Assembly (NCBI GenBank): GCA_002783385.1
Contig: PFFX01000158.1
Span: forward strand, 1 to 40,757
Direction: 5' to 3'
Length of the DNA stretch: 40,757 bases
DNA from: Rhodobacterales bacterium CG15_BIG_FIL_POST_REV_8_21_14_020_59_13
GTDB taxonomy: Bacteria; Pseudomonadota; Alphaproteobacteria; Caulobacterales; Maricaulaceae
This document shows, piece after piece, positions 39,325 to 40,757 of this stretch. The notes under the pieces are model-generated. The model searched no databases. It was not told the origin of the DNA and saw only the letters and a program-made list of their open reading frames with translations. Every line of letters begins with the position of its first letter. The stretch's first letter is position 1. The position numbers were made by a program, and so were the translations under genes.

Positions 39325-39909
39325 TTAGCCGGCTTTTGCCCCGAGTTTGCGGCACTGATCCAGAAGATCAGCATACCGGTCAGCACCAATTGCACCAATC
39401 CCGCCAAAGATTGTGTGCCGGATATGCCTGAAACCAGAGATGCGGAAAATTCCGGCTTCCATCGCCTTCACGCTGTGCGCGCCAAACAACAAGCGGTAGG
39501 CCAGTGCCGGCATGCCCATGGTCACAATGATCCGGACAGTCTTGCCCTTCATTTTCTTTTGCGGCCACTGGTCCGGCTTGTCGCCGGTATCCAGCAGGAA
39601 CCCGCCGCGGGCGGCCTGTTCCCAGAACGCCTTGCACACGGCCGGCATCGTGCCAAGCCAGAGTGGAAACAGAAAAATCAGATGATCGGCTTCGGCGATC
39701 TTGTCTTGCGCGGCCCGAATGGCGTCAGGCGGCGCAAGAGCGAAGGCGGCGGCATTTTGAAGCAAAGGGATATCAATCGCGGCGATGCGGATCATGCTAA
39801 CCTCGTGCCCGGCATCCCGCGCGCCCTCGGCGCAAGCTTGCGCAAGCGCGCTGACCAGATGTCCGTCAGCGGGATCAGGATGTCCGTCGATAATACAAAT
39901 CCGGAGCAT
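39325..39909 (-). CDS. NAD(P)H-dependent oxidoreductase, flavodoxin-2 family
   Basis: IIDGHPD, ADHLIFLFPLW.G.MPA..K and IVTMGMP motifs. Confidence 0.88.
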   Translation of the reverse strand: MLRICIIDGHPDPADGHLVSALAQACAEGARDAGHEVSMIRIAAIDIPLLQNAAAFALAPPDAIRAAQDKIAEADHLIFLFPLWLGTMPAVCKAFWEQAARGGFLLDTGDKPDQWPQKKMKGKTVRIIVTMGMPALAYRLLFGAHSVKAMEAGIFRISGFRHIRHTIFGGIGAIGADRYADLLDQCRKLGAKAG

Positions 39910-39984
39910 GATCAGCCTCCCTGACCAATGGGAGGAGAATACCGCCGTATTATGACGACAGCACTGCGGTAGAACCGCACAGCC

Positions 39985-40602
39985 CTATTGGGCCGCGCGG
40001 ACTTCGATCATGATCTCATGACGGCGCAAGGGCACCGGAGTCCACGGCGGGCTGAATGAGGCATGGACCGCTTCTCCCATCGGTTCAAAATTATTGGCCG
40101 TCATCCACTCCCGCAACTCGGCTTCATTTTGATCTACAGTGCTTGCAGTCCGGCGGCCACGGTATTTGACAACCGCCATACGCCGCCTGGCGATCTCTCG
40201 GATGTTCACCGCTGGATTATTCGGACGCGGCAGTGTTTCCATTGTCCAGATGGCGGGCATGATAAAAGCCACAACCCATACATTTTCGCCTGAAGCTGTC
40301 GACGTAACCGGAGCCGTCATTTCGATGGATTGCCCGCGGCTGGTTGTCACCGGGGCCGTCATTTCGATGGACTGGCGGGGGGCATTATTGCCAAAGATAT
40401 AGTCCGCCAGCGGACGGAAGCCGAGGCTTCCGGCCTGTTCGCGATCACCTCTCACCTCAACTTCAGCAACAATCATTGAGCCATATTCGCGGATTTCCAA
40501 ATCGCCATCGCGCAGCAACACCGTATGAGCTGGCTCGTCAGCAGCCATGACGGTACCTCCTGAAAAGACGAAAAGAGCAATCAAAACTACAAAACCACGC
40601 AT
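39985..40602 (-). CDS. SOUL family heme-binding protein, secreted
   Basis: Signal peptide; EIREY, GFRPLADYIFGNN, IEMTAPV, F.MP and PPWTP..LRRHEI motifs. Confidence 0.88.
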   Translation of the reverse strand: MRGFVVLIALFVFSGGTVMAADEPAHTVLLRDGDLEIREYGSMIVAEVEVRGDREQAGSLGFRPLADYIFGNNAPRQSIEMTAPVTTSRGQSIEMTAPVTSTASGENVWVVAFIMPAIWTMETLPRPNNPAVNIREIARRRMAVVKYRGRRTASTVDQNEAELREWMTANNFEPMGEAVHASFSPPWTPVPLRRHEIMIEVRAAQ

Positions 40603-40659
40603 CGAAACCTCGTAAGTCATACATGAACACACTTACGCAGCTCCGCGATCATTGGATCG

Positions 40660-40757
40660 CTACATCCTGAACACGCCGAATTTCGTCTCCGGGAAAGGCG
40701 CATTCATCGCAGCGGACAGCGAGAGCGCCAGCACCCGCCGTGTATCGGCCGGGGCAA
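40660..40757 (-). CDS. liuB: methylcrotonyl-CoA carboxylase beta (carboxyltransferase) subunit, C-terminal fragment
   Basis: Manual translation ...[30 protein letters not shown]; FGVFRM is the characteristic terminus. Confidence 0.88.
   Translation of the reverse strand, partial: APADTRRVLALSLSAAMNAPFPETKFGVFRM

Overview
GC-rich chromosomal segment of an alphaproteobacterium; the gene content (divK-pleD, mipZ, phasin, clpS-clpA) points to a Caulobacterales/Maricaulales-like stalked bacterium (inference). It is mostly core genome: gatA(partial)-gatC, ruvX, AEC transporter, pyrB-pyrC'-plsY-dprA, topA-rnr-NUDIX-MFS, rpmG (missing from the ORF track), divK-pleD, ROK kinase-dinB, ridA, SDR/Pr6Pr, DUF482 GNAT-HIT, a DUF2306/membrane-AraC pair, phasin, clpS-clpA, D,D-carboxypeptidase, SPOR lipoprotein-mipZ-J-domain, panC, DUF1489, a cupin, and a leucine-catabolism (methylcrotonyl-CoA carboxylase) cluster interrupted by unrelated genes. 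I found no tRNA, rRNA, CRISPR, transposase or phage genes. The most interesting signals are non-coding. (1) A structured SuhB/alpha-r8(MmgR)-like small RNA candidate lies in the phasin 3' UTR, next to a PhaR-like box and a possible two-isoform phasin with a histone-H1-like N-terminal arm. (2) A perfect LexA box sits in front of a sugar kinase-dinB operon and shares the intergenic region with CtrA-like sites for divK. (3) Other signals are a palindromic operator for the membrane AraC, a CIR/RIME-like palindromic repeat, an intra-cluster terminator and an SD-sequestering hairpin. All motif calls were made by eye; no database searches were run.
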